Virus record (IMG/VR): IMGVR_UViG_3300035182_002586
Span: 434,001 to 498,000 of that record
Length of the DNA: 64,000 nt
Reading direction: 5' to 3' (one strand)
Part shown: piece by piece, positions 33,336 to 41,337 of the stretch
Numbering within the stretch: position 1 is the stretch's first letter
How the letters are laid out: the number at the start of each line of letters is the position of its first letter
Made by a program: the position numbers and the translations under genes
Notes under the pieces: model-generated
The model's database searches: none
What the model saw: only the letters and a program-made list of their open reading frames with translations
What the model was told of the DNA's origin: nothing

Positions 33336-34072
33336 ACGCCGTGTTCCGCATCGTCCGTTGGGTGCTCGGCCAGTTGTGGGAGAAGATCAACCTCCCGGCC
33401 ATCTACCGGGAGCTGCGCGCCCTCGGCAAGAAGCACGGCAAGCGGTTCTTCTGGGCGGCGCTCATCTGGGAGCTGATCGAAGATGTGCTCTTCCCGTACC
33501 TCTCGTGGCTCGCCGGGATGCCCGAGCTGATCCCCCTCTTCCTCGTGCTCCACTTCGAGCCCATCGTCTACCCCGTCTTCTTCTGGGCCTTCCGCACGTA
33601 CGACCGCTACAAGGACCGCGAGCCATGGGAGCCGGACCGCAGCGCGCAGTCGAGCCACTGGCGCTCGGCCGTGAAGGTCGGTGTATACAAGGTCGCCTCG
33701 CTCGGGTGGTTCACCGCCGTCTTCCTCGCGTGGCACGCGACGCCGAAGATGCTCGTCCTGTACGCCGTCCTGATGGCCCTCTTCGGGTTCATCCACGAGC
33801 GCATCTGGCACGACTCGAACTACGGGATCCTCCCGAACGATGTGGTTGAGGTCCGCCGAATCACCATGAAGGCCCTCACGTACCGCATCGTGTCGACGAT
33901 GATCTTCTACCCCTTCCTTCGCGCCACCCTCGGGACGGTGCCCTGGAAGCTCCTCCTGCTCTGCCAGGGAGTCGGGCTCGTCCTCTACATCGTCCTCGAA
34001 TCCGTGTGGGCGCGCTCCATGTGGGGCTGCTCCCCCGTCTCGCAACCCAAGACTGAGGAAGTGCCATGCTGA
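33332..34072 (+). CDS. membrane protein with tandem DUF2061-like repeats
   Basis: SHWRSAVK..YK...IHERIW and RRI.MKALTYRI...LESVW. Confidence 0.6.
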   Translation: MNAVFRIVRWVLGQLWEKINLPAIYRELRALGKKHGKRFFWAALIWELIEDVLFPYLSWLAGMPELIPLFLVLHFEPIVYPVFFWAFRTYDRYKDREPWEPDRSAQSSHWRSAVKVGVYKVASLGWFTAVFLAWHATPKMLVLYAVLMALFGFIHERIWHDSNYGILPNDVVEVRRITMKALTYRIVSTMIFYPFLRATLGTVPWKLLLLCQGVGLVLYIVLESVWARSMWGCSPVSQPKTEEVPC

Positions 34073-34251
34073 CCGACGCCATGAAGCGTGAAATCGTGGA
34101 GTACACCCTGGCCTTCTCGAAGGGCCTCATCGAAGACGACCAGTCGTGCCCCGAGGTCTGCAAGGCCGTCGACGACAAGGCCGTCACGTGGGGCGAGCTG
34201 GAAGAGTACGTGGAGAAGTGCAAGGAGGCCCTCCTCAAGAATCTCCCCTGA
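34066..34251 (+). CDS. hypothetical protein
   Basis: 61 aa ORF with SD. Confidence 0.6.
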   Translation: MLTDAMKREIVEYTLAFSKGLIEDDQSCPEVCKAVDDKAVTWGELEEYVEKCKEALLKNLP

Positions 34252-34255
34252 CCCG

Positions 34256-34283
34256 GATGGATCGTCGCCCCCTCGCACGGTAG
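34256..34283 (+). promoter_or_regulatory. class A promoter (N16)
   Basis: 7 nt to ATG 34291. Confidence 0.8.
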
Positions 34284-34290
34284 TGGAGTC

Positions 34291-34527
34291 ATGGCCCTCG
34301 TCGTCCACGTCACCAAGTCGAAGTCGGTTGCCGTTGCCTCGTTCGCTGAGGCGGCCAAGCTCGTGGTCGCGCAGTGGGGCTCCAAGAGCTACCACGCGAT
34401 GTACCGCGACCCCAAGGCGGGCATCATCGAGCAGGACGGCGTGCCCTACGCGCACGTCTCCTACAACGGCCGCGTGTGGGCGACCCCGAACCGCCTCGCG
34501 AACAACGCCCCCGAGATCGCGATCTGA
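34291..34527 (+). CDS. hypothetical protein
   Basis: HVSYNGRVW motif; behind class A. Confidence 0.75.
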   Translation: MALVVHVTKSKSVAVASFAEAAKLVVAQWGSKSYHAMYRDPKAGIIEQDGVPYAHVSYNGRVWATPNRLANNAPEIAI

Positions 34528-34549
34528 TGTCCCTAGTGTCGTAAGCACG

Positions 34550-35101
34550 TCACTTCCTGGAGTCGTGTGCGGCCACAACTTTGCGGCATAGAGCCACGAA
34601 CTCCTCGTCAGACATGTCGTGCTTCGCAGTGTTGACCTCCAACAGAACCCATCGGAGGTTACCCCTTACGGAAAGGCCGCCTTTAGACCGCGGTACTATG
34701 TGATCCAGGCTAGCGTTGACCCCTGGAATAAGCGGCTCACCTGTCACCGCACACAGCCCACACTGTTCATCCCAGATAGACTGTAGAAGGGCCGTACCAC
34801 CGTTCTTAGTTTGGAGCCCATATGGATTCCCGATGCCCTGGAACCAGTGGTACAGACAGAGAATGTTCGTCACCGCCTTCTGCTTACAGCGAATGCACCA
34901 CCCGTTCGCCAGTCGCGCCCCTTTCCAAGACTTGATGTACGTCCTGTACTGTTCTCGTTGTTCACTGGTCAGAGGTTTTCGAGTGGTGCGGCGGCACTCC
35001 TTACAGGGCATTCTCGGCCGCCCACTCGTCATCGAGTAGAAGTCTTTTCGAGGTTTGGGGAGCGAGCAGTCCCGGCACCGGATCAGTTCTACGTCTGACA
35101 T
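34550..35101 (-). CDS. HNH endonuclease
   Basis: CAVTG, SLDHIVPRSKGG...NLRWV...N.AK; lower GC. Confidence 0.85.
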   Translation of the reverse strand: MSDVELIRCRDCSLPKPRKDFYSMTSGRPRMPCKECRRTTRKPLTSEQREQYRTYIKSWKGARLANGWCIRCKQKAVTNILCLYHWFQGIGNPYGLQTKNGGTALLQSIWDEQCGLCAVTGEPLIPGVNASLDHIVPRSKGGLSVRGNLRWVLLEVNTAKHDMSDEEFVALCRKVVAAHDSRK

Positions 35102-35117
35102 TTGCTACCTAAGAGCT

Positions 35118-36128
35118 ATGACACACCTCGACAAGATCGGCTTCTACACCCTGCAAGACGAACGCGCCCGCACGTGTAGCACCACGTCCCCCATGACACG
35201 GGCGTGCTTCATGATCACCGGGCGTTGTAACTTCCGTTGCGTTTATTGCAACGGCTCGGTGTGCGACCGGGACTTCACCGTCGAGCAGGTTGGCGCGCTG
35301 CTCACGGACCTAGCCAACCACCAGATCCAGGCGGTCCGCTTCACGGGCGGGGAGCCGACCTTGCACCGTGACCTGCTCACGATGGTTCGGACCGCGCGCG
35401 ACCTCGGGATCCCGAAGATCGCCGTCTCGACGAACGGGGCCGCACGCCCCGAGCTGTACCGCGAGCTGGTCGAGGCCGGGGTCAACGACTTCTCGATCTC
35501 GGCCGACTGCCAAGACCTGGAGCTGGCCGCGAAGCTCTCGGGCCGCCCGGGGACGTGGGACCGGGTGAAAGAGAACATCCGGATGCTCTCGAAGCTCACC
35601 TACGTGATCATCGGGACCACCATCACGGAAGAGAACCTCGCGCAGATCCCGGAGACACTGGCGTTTCTCGGAGCCCTTGGGGTGGCCGACATCAAGCTGG
35701 CGACGGCGACACAGCTCAGGAGGGATATCCCCCTCGACATTCTCGACAAGATCTCGCCCGAGCTGCTCGAACGGATGCCCGTCCTACGCTACCGGATCGA
35801 GCACTACAAGGCCGGGAGACCGGTTCGGGGGCTCGTCGAGGGTCGGGACAGCCACCACTGCTGGTGGGTCCAGGACGACATCGTGCTGACCCCCGATGGC
35901 CACTACCCGTGCATCGTGTACCCCCGGGAGAAGGGGACGCCGATCGGACCCCTCGCGTCCGTGGCGGAGATGCGGGAAGCCCGCCTCGCGTGGGCGCGCA
36001 GCCGGGACACCCACGAGGATCCCATCTGCGTGCCCTACTGCATGGACATCTTCGCCGACTGCAACAAGCGGATCGAGGACCTCCAGGGGCTCGTCCCGGC
36101 TTCCAGGCTGAGGCGAACCACGGCCTGA
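35118..36128 (+). CDS. radical SAM enzyme (MoaA/NirJ-like fold)
   Basis: CNFRCVYC, FTGGEPTL, STNG. Confidence 0.9.
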   Translation: MTHLDKIGFYTLQDERARTCSTTSPMTRACFMITGRCNFRCVYCNGSVCDRDFTVEQVGALLTDLANHQIQAVRFTGGEPTLHRDLLTMVRTARDLGIPKIAVSTNGAARPELYRELVEAGVNDFSISADCQDLELAAKLSGRPGTWDRVKENIRMLSKLTYVIIGTTITEENLAQIPETLAFLGALGVADIKLATATQLRRDIPLDILDKISPELLERMPVLRYRIEHYKAGRPVRGLVEGRDSHHCWWVQDDIVLTPDGHYPCIVYPREKGTPIGPLASVAEMREARLAWARSRDTHEDPICVPYCMDIFADCNKRIEDLQGLVPASRLRRTTA

Positions 36129-36137
36129 ACTTTCCCC

Positions 36138-36165
36138 GATGGATCGATCCCGGGTCGCGTTGTAG
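36138..36165 (+). promoter_or_regulatory. class A promoter (N16)
   Basis: 7 nt to ATG 36173. Confidence 0.8.
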
Positions 36166-36172
36166 AGGGTAC

Positions 36173-36832
36173 ATGGCCCTCATTCACACCATCCAGGTCG
36201 TCGACGAGAAGCGCAACCACTCAACCGTCAGCTCGACCCGCAAGAGCGAGACGCGCCGCTACCTGGCGTGCATCGTCGCGACGACGACCGAGGCGAGCCT
36301 CAAGATCGACGCCGGCAAGAAGGCGGCCGTCGAGGCCGAGCTGGTGACCGCCAAGGCCCGGCTGGCCGAGCTGACGGCCAAGTTCGGGATGACCCCGGAA
36401 GAGGCCGAGGCCAAGCACGAGGTCGAGAGCGACCGTTGGTACAACCGTGAAGACGGGATCTTCGAGACGGGCCAACGCATCCGTCTGGCGAAGAGTGGGA
36501 GCACGTACGGCCACGTCCACAACCTGGACAGCATCGTCAAGGCCGACCTCCTCGCGCGCGGCTTCGTTGACCCCTATGACAAGAGCGGGACGTACGGCAT
36601 CTGCGACGTGTACTCCACCGTCCGGCGTTGCGAAGCCACCCTCAAGGGCTGGTTCAAGCTCACCCTTGGCTCGGAAGGCGTCATCTCGTGGCACGGGACG
36701 ACGGACCTGGCGCAGAAGGCGATGGGCAGCCTCGACTACATCCGCGAGCGGGGCGACACGCTGGCCATCCGTACGGACATCACCATCACCGAGACCAAGA
36801 AGCGCGCCAAGAAGAACGAAGCGGCGGAGTGA
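36173..36832 (+). CDS. hypothetical protein
   Basis: 219 aa behind class A motif. Confidence 0.75.
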   Translation: MALIHTIQVVDEKRNHSTVSSTRKSETRRYLACIVATTTEASLKIDAGKKAAVEAELVTAKARLAELTAKFGMTPEEAEAKHEVESDRWYNREDGIFETGQRIRLAKSGSTYGHVHNLDSIVKADLLARGFVDPYDKSGTYGICDVYSTVRRCEATLKGWFKLTLGSEGVISWHGTTDLAQKAMGSLDYIRERGDTLAIRTDITITETKKRAKKNEAAE

Positions 36833-36849
36833 CCCTCGGGCACCACCAG

Positions 36850-36906
36850 CTCTCAGATCTGATAGATCAGCGCCTCAAAGTGGCGACAATATACCAGATC
36901 TGAGAG
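36850..36906. other. intergenic inverted repeat with internal hairpin
   Basis: CTCTCAGATCTG...CAGATCTGAGAG (12 bp arms, 33 nt loop containing CGCC-N7-GGCG). Confidence 0.55.
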
Positions 36907-36913
36907 TCCACGG

Positions 36914-36920
36914 GGTGTAT
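36914..36920 (+). promoter_or_regulatory. class B element GGTGTAT (leadered)
   Basis: GGAGG SD then ATG 36938. Confidence 0.45.
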
Positions 36921-36937
36921 GGACGGAGGACTGAACC

Positions 36938-37216
36938 ATGAGCTACGACCCCGACGAGGACTACGACGACGAGGACTACGACGACGAGGACTACGACGAC
37001 GAGGATGCGGGCGACTTCGACCTCGACGACGAGGACGACCGCTCGATGTTCGCCGACCCCGGTGGCAAGAGCGCCCTGCGCGCGGCGACCCCGGACAACC
37101 CCCGGGACCTCCCGTGCCCGACCTGCCACCAGCCGGACAAGCTCACGCCCGCCGACAAGGCGCTCGGCTACCAGTGCGACGACTGCGCCGACCGGGCCGA
37201 GGGCGGGGGCTATTGA
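36938..37216 (+). CDS. acidic-N-terminus zinc-ribbon protein
   Basis: (DYDDE)n then CPTC...CDDC. Confidence 0.75.
   Translation: MSYDPDEDYDDEDYDDEDYDDEDAGDFDLDDEDDRSMFADPGGKSALRAATPDNPRDLPCPTCHQPDKLTPADKALGYQCDDCADRAEGGGY
36961..37005 (+). repeat. 15-bp tandem repeat x3
   Basis: CTACGACGACGAGGA x3. Confidence 0.9.
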
Positions 37217-37425
37217 TGCCCAAGCCGAAGAAGCCGAGCCGCAAGGACCTCCACAAGGCCGCGCAGAAGCTCCTCTTCGCGCTCGCGATCTACCCGAACT
37301 ACCGCGTCGACAGCCGGGGCCCGAGGGGGTGCCTCCTCGACGCGCTCGATGTTCTCGACCCCAAGGCAGCGGCTAAGCTCCGAGACGGACAAGACGCCCA
37401 CGACCTGCTCGATGAGGAAGGCTGA
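37216..37425 (+). CDS. hypothetical protein
   Basis: TGATG coupling. Confidence 0.65.
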   Translation: MPKPKKPSRKDLHKAAQKLLFALAIYPNYRVDSRGPRGCLLDALDVLDPKAAAKLRDGQDAHDLLDEEG

Positions 37426-37427
37426 CC

Positions 37428-37595
37428 ATGCACGTCTGCAAGGAAGAGACGAAGGAAGTCGTGCTCCCGGTCCTTGGCCGCTGCACCGTGGCCGAGGTCA
37501 AGAACGAACCCGGCCACTACCTGTGGCTGGACCTCATGGGTTGGCACGACTGCACGCGGGGCGAAGACGCCATCATCCGGAGCCAGAAGTCGTGA
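37428..37595 (+). CDS. small hypothetical protein (55 aa)
   Basis: fills gap, codon bias; not in ORF track. Confidence 0.55.
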   Translation: MHVCKEETKEVVLPVLGRCTVAEVKNEPGHYLWLDLMGWHDCTRGEDAIIRSQKS

Positions 37596-37972
37596 ACCAG
37601 CGCGATGTCGTGTACCCCGGCCACCCGATCACCGTGGCCCTCATCATCACGCAGGTGTTCCCCAACTTCGAGGGGGCCAACTACAACGCGCTCGGTTCCA
37701 GCGCCATTCCCGGTGCGGGCGGCAACGTCCACCAGGCGCTCGACCTCCTCCGGGACGCGAAAGACGGCAAACCCCTCGACGAGGTGTTCGCGGAAGCCGA
37801 CAAGGCTTGGGCCGAGTGTGATGCACAGGCGAAGGGAGGCTACGCCGGCAACGAGGAGCACCGCAACCACTTCGTCGAACGCTGGATGGAAGGTCAGGAG
37901 CAGGCGGACAAGGTGAAGGACGAGCTGCGCGCCCGCCTCACCCCCTGGCTACTCGCTGTCCCGGGCCGCTAG
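37592..37972 (+). CDS. hypothetical protein
   Basis: GTGA overlap. Confidence 0.7.
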   Translation: MNQRDVVYPGHPITVALIITQVFPNFEGANYNALGSSAIPGAGGNVHQALDLLRDAKDGKPLDEVFAEADKAWAECDAQAKGGYAGNEEHRNHFVERWMEGQEQADKVKDELRARLTPWLLAVPGR

Positions 37973-38149
37973 GCGGAGCGCCTCTTCACGCGCGCCACGC
38001 TTGGCAGCGCGCTTCATCCGCTTCTCGACCGCCCGATCCGCCTTGGTCTTCGGGTTGCTGGAAGTCCCGTGCGGCCGCCCATCGATGTAGGCTTGCACGG
38101 TCCCGGATCCGTAGACCTCACGTCCGAGACGCTTTTCCATCGTCGCCAT
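37949..38149 (-). CDS. small basic hypothetical protein
   Basis: GAGGTG SD. Confidence 0.55.
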   Translation of the reverse strand: MATMEKRLGREVYGSGTVQAYIDGRPHGTSSNPKTKADRAVEKRMKRAAKRGAREEALRLAARDSE

Positions 38150-38152
38150 GAC

Positions 38153-38788
38153 TCACCTCAGAGAGGCCAGCTCTTCGAGCGTCGTGATCGGCCGCGCACT
38201 CAGGACGACCGCTCGACTCCAGCCCATGGAACGAAACTCGCTCTGCCCCGGCGTTCCCGCCACGGGGATCTCGAACATCCCCCACGAGGGGTCCCCGCCG
38301 TCCGCGTGCGCTACGAACGAGAGGTCCGCCGTCACCACGAAGTGCGTCGGCTGCCGGATCCAAGGGCGGTCCGAGTCCACGTAGCGGCCGGCAGCGTACG
38401 CCGCAGCGTAGGCACCCGTCAGATGTGGGACGAGCAGCGCCGCCGACTGCGGCGTGTGCGTCACCAGGAAGACCTTTGCCTGCTTCCCCTTCGGCCAGCC
38501 GATGGGCACGTACGTGTACCCCGTGACTGCCGGAAACCCCGCCCACTCACCCTTGATCAGCATCTTGGCCATACTGCCCGACTGTAACACAGGATCATCG
38601 GGGGTTGTCGAGGGTAGGACACGATGGGCTGCCCTGCGAACCGCCTCCTCCGACACCTCGTGCCCCTCGACCTGGAGCGACTGTCGAACGCTCCGTATCA
38701 GGGCGTCGCTGACCAGAACACCAGGCGGGGCCCGGCGCCGGGGACGCGCCAGAAGCTCGCTCAGCTTCGTGTCCGGGGTGACCTTCAC
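38153..38788 (-). CDS. hypothetical protein (start uncertain, 38788 or 38572)
   Basis: GTGA overlap with upstream stop. Confidence 0.55.
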   Translation of the reverse strand: MKVTPDTKLSELLARPRRRAPPGVLVSDALIRSVRQSLQVEGHEVSEEAVRRAAHRVLPSTTPDDPVLQSGSMAKMLIKGEWAGFPAVTGYTYVPIGWPKGKQAKVFLVTHTPQSAALLVPHLTGAYAAAYAAGRYVDSDRPWIRQPTHFVVTADLSFVAHADGGDPSWGMFEIPVAGTPGQSEFRSMGWSRAVVLSARPITTLEELASLR

Positions 38789-39093
38789 AACGAGGTTGTG
38801 CCCGTCCACCCACAGCCGGGACACCCGATCCGCCGCTGCGGTGGGTAGGACGTGAGCACGACGCCCCCGCTGATGTCGTACAACTCCGTCTTGCAGTGGT
38901 CGCAAGCGAAGCCACAGGGGCTTGCACCCCCTCCAACGATCACCGCATGGATCCGGTCCCGCATCTGCTCCGTAACCCCCTCGCGGAGCGGGATCTGCTG
39001 GCTCTGGATCGCGAGGACCCTATCTGCACGCTCCTGCGCCTTCCGGGCACGCGACTCTTCTCGCCACGCCTTCTCTTCGTTGAGCGTCCTCAT
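38785..39093 (-). CDS. zinc-ribbon hypothetical protein
   Basis: CDHC...CPGCGW. Confidence 0.7.
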   Translation of the reverse strand: MRTLNEEKAWREESRARKAQERADRVLAIQSQQIPLREGVTEQMRDRIHAVIVGGGASPCGFACDHCKTELYDISGGVVLTSYPPQRRIGCPGCGWTGTTSL

Positions 39094-39102
39094 GCGCTCC
39101 TA

Positions 39103-39123
39103 GTACACCACGGTCCGGTGTAA
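39103..39123. promoter_or_regulatory. divergent class B pair TACACC-N7-GGTGTA
   Basis: 9 nt to ATG 39093 (-), 9 nt to ATG 39133 (+). Confidence 0.7.
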
Positions 39124-39132
39124 GCCCCTCAC

Positions 39133-39501
39133 ATGGGTGCGACCCGGACCGTTCGCGTTGACGCGCTTCTCGTCGAGTACATGCAGGCCACCGCCTCGGT
39201 CAGAAAACTCCGAGATCGCACGAAGGTTCTGCAACGCCAGATCCTCTTGAAGGCGGGCTGGAAGGTCCACGCTCCGGGTTCCACGGGATGGCTGAAAGGG
39301 ATCGAGCGGCACGTCGCCTCGAACCCCAAGTCCAAGGTGACCGCCGGGTTCTACCAACGCTACTACGCGAACAAGGAGGTCTGGGTCGATCCCGTCATGA
39401 AGGATCTCCTCTTCATGGTGTCCTACGCCTGGACCCGGCATTTCGGGCGAATCAGCCGCTCCTGCGATCTCATCGCCAACGGTGTAGAGGCACGAGCATG
39501 A
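39133..39501 (+). CDS. hypothetical protein
   Basis: 122 aa ORF. Confidence 0.7.
   Translation: MGATRTVRVDALLVEYMQATASVRKLRDRTKVLQRQILLKAGWKVHAPGSTGWLKGIERHVASNPKSKVTAGFYQRYYANKEVWVDPVMKDLLFMVSYAWTRHFGRISRSCDLIANGVEARA
39481..39487 (+). promoter_or_regulatory. class B element GGTGTAG
   Basis: 10 nt to ATG 39498. Confidence 0.5.
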
Positions 39502-39842
39502 AGAAGTGGACACCGTGGACGCGTGACCTCGCGTTCGACTTCATCGCGAGAGCCATCCCCGTGATGAAAGACGCCGGGTACGCGTGCGCCCTCGCGGGAA
39601 GTCTCCTGATCAAGAACGAGAGTCAGAAGGATCTGGATCTGGATCTCGTTCTCTTCCCCTACGACAACACCAAGTCACGCGTGGACGATGCTCTCGAAGC
39701 CCTCCGGTCCCTCGGGATGGCCTGCGTGTTCGACGTGGCGTTCGTACACGAGAAGTGGGCGAACCAGGGGAGCACGGATCGAAAGCACGTCGAGGTGTGG
39801 GAGTACGACGGCCACCGCATCGATGTCTTCTGGCTGGAGTGA
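39498..39842 (+). CDS. minimal nucleotidyltransferase-fold protein
   Basis: LAGSLL...S.KDLDLDL and RIDVF, Pol-beta-like G-S/DxD/D. Confidence 0.6.
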   Translation: MKKWTPWTRDLAFDFIARAIPVMKDAGYACALAGSLLIKNESQKDLDLDLVLFPYDNTKSRVDDALEALRSLGMACVFDVAFVHEKWANQGSTDRKHVEVWEYDGHRIDVFWLE

Positions 39843-39844
39843 AC

Positions 39845-40105
39845 ATGTCGAGTTACGGCGAACGAGTCCGCACTCTGCTCGAACACGGGACGGTCATCTG
39901 CGAGTGCCACACGTGCATGGGGTCGGACGGCACCGCTGTCCTCCGCATCCTGTGGGACGATGGACACATCAGCGAGATGCCTTACTACAAGGTCGTCCCG
40001 TCGGACAAACCCGGACGCCCGCTCTTCAACGGGCAGCCCGCAACGGACGGCCGAACGCCGCGAGTACCGCAGCATCCCGTTCAAGCACCTGCACGGGAGG
40101 TATGA
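39845..40105 (+). CDS. hypothetical protein
   Basis: 86 aa ORF. Confidence 0.6.
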   Translation: MSSYGERVRTLLEHGTVICECHTCMGSDGTAVLRILWDDGHISEMPYYKVVPSDKPGRPLFNGQPATDGRTPRVPQHPVQAPAREV

Positions 40106-40170
40106 CGCGACGTACCTCCCGGACCCCCTTCCTCGACACACGAGCCCTCTCACCCTTCCCTGAGGCCACG

Positions 40171-40689
40171 ATGATGCCCCGCAAGAACATGACGATCCGT
40201 GGGAACTACGCTCTCTTCTGGGGCCAGTGGCCGTCCAACTGGGAGGCGTCCCCCTTCACCATCGACGGCAAGAGCTACACGTGCGTCGAGCAGTGGATGA
40301 TGGCGGAGAAGGCTCGCCTCTTCGGCGACACCGTGGCGGAGGCCCGCATCATGGCGACTGCGGACCCCGCGGATCAGAAGCGCTACGGCCGTGGCGTGAA
40401 GGGGTACGTCGAGGACCAGTGGGCGGCTGTCCGCTACCAGATCGTGCTTCGAGGCGTCGTCGAGAAGTACAGGCAGAACGAGCACTTGCGGGAGAAGCTC
40501 CTCGCGACGGGAGACCTCCAGTTCGTCGAGGCGTCCCCCGAAGACCGGGTGTGGGGCATCGGCATGCGCGCGACGGATCCCGGTGCCGACAACCCCCGCC
40601 AGTGGCGGGGCCAGAACCTCCTCGGCAAGGCCACGACGGAAGCGCGGGAGACCATCCGCGCGGAGATGGCCCTCGCAGGCATCCCGTGA
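40171..40689 (+). CDS. ybiA: NADAR family (YbiA-like) N-glycosidase / ADP-ribosylhydrolase
   Basis: FW...SNW..SPF, EQWMMAEKARLFGD, EASP.DRVWGIG, G.NLLGK. Confidence 0.9.
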   Translation: MMPRKNMTIRGNYALFWGQWPSNWEASPFTIDGKSYTCVEQWMMAEKARLFGDTVAEARIMATADPADQKRYGRGVKGYVEDQWAAVRYQIVLRGVVEKYRQNEHLREKLLATGDLQFVEASPEDRVWGIGMRATDPGADNPRQWRGQNLLGKATTEARETIRAEMALAGIP

Positions 40690-40697
40690 GAACCCCG

Positions 40698-40976
40698 ATG
40701 ACCAAGGACACCCCCAAGCTCACCTACACCAAAGCGCGGGCGAAAGCCGCAGCGCTCGACGAGAAGCTCCTCGCGACGGACAAGCGACTCGACGGCAGCG
40801 TGATCGTCGTGCACCAGGACGGCTCGATCTTCTACTTCAACCGAGCCTTCGTGCTCCAGTACCAGGACTTCGCCATTATCCTGACGGAGCACCACGGTCC
40901 GCACGTCTACGCGACGTACGACCTCAAAGACATGCGCGCCTTGGGCCCGCGCATGTCCATCAAGAAGACCCGATGA
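40698..40976 (+). CDS. hypothetical protein
   Basis: 92 aa ORF. Confidence 0.7.
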   Translation: MTKDTPKLTYTKARAKAAALDEKLLATDKRLDGSVIVVHQDGSIFYFNRAFVLQYQDFAIILTEHHGPHVYATYDLKDMRALGPRMSIKKTR

Positions 40977-41161
40977 CCGAACCCAAGCCCACCGACCTGC
41001 ACTATTGGGGTTACGCAGGGAAGCCTACGTTCGGGATCCCCTGCGGCGCGCCATCGAACAACCACTCCAAGGTCACGGGCTACGCGAACGACGTCACGTG
41101 CCCGGGCTGCCGGGCTGCACTAGACGCCTCGTTCGCTTCCACCGTCACCCGACCCCGATGA
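40973..41161 (+). CDS. H-C-VTCxxC zinc-module protein
   Basis: LHYW...PCG...VTCPGC. Confidence 0.65.
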   Translation: MTEPKPTDLHYWGYAGKPTFGIPCGAPSNNHSKVTGYANDVTCPGCRAALDASFASTVTRPR

Positions 41162-41337
41162 GCATCAAGAACAAGAGCGGCTTCCTGCCCCCTGAGGACG
41201 ACCTTCCGCCTTACGCGAAGGACACGCCGTGCTGGGGCTGCGGCAACCTCTTCGACTTCACCGAGCTACTCGCCAAAGACGAAGGACTCTGCACCAAGTG
41301 TGCGAAAACCGTAAGGAAGACTGAGGGCTCGACATGA
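41158..41337 (+). CDS. small zinc-ribbon protein
   Basis: CWGC...CTKC. Confidence 0.6.
   Translation: MSIKNKSGFLPPEDDLPPYAKDTPCWGCGNLFDFTELLAKDEGLCTKCAKTVRKTEGST

Noticed and set aside
33332-33400. QLWEKINLP in the DUF2061-like protein as another tail-motif copy
   Set aside because: Internal to an N-terminal amphipathic helix, lacking the Pro linker and acidic follow-up; likely coincidental
39631-39648. GATCTG x3 microrepeat
   Set aside because: Simply encodes DLDLDL at the nucleotidyltransferase DxD motif; at most a one-unit slippage
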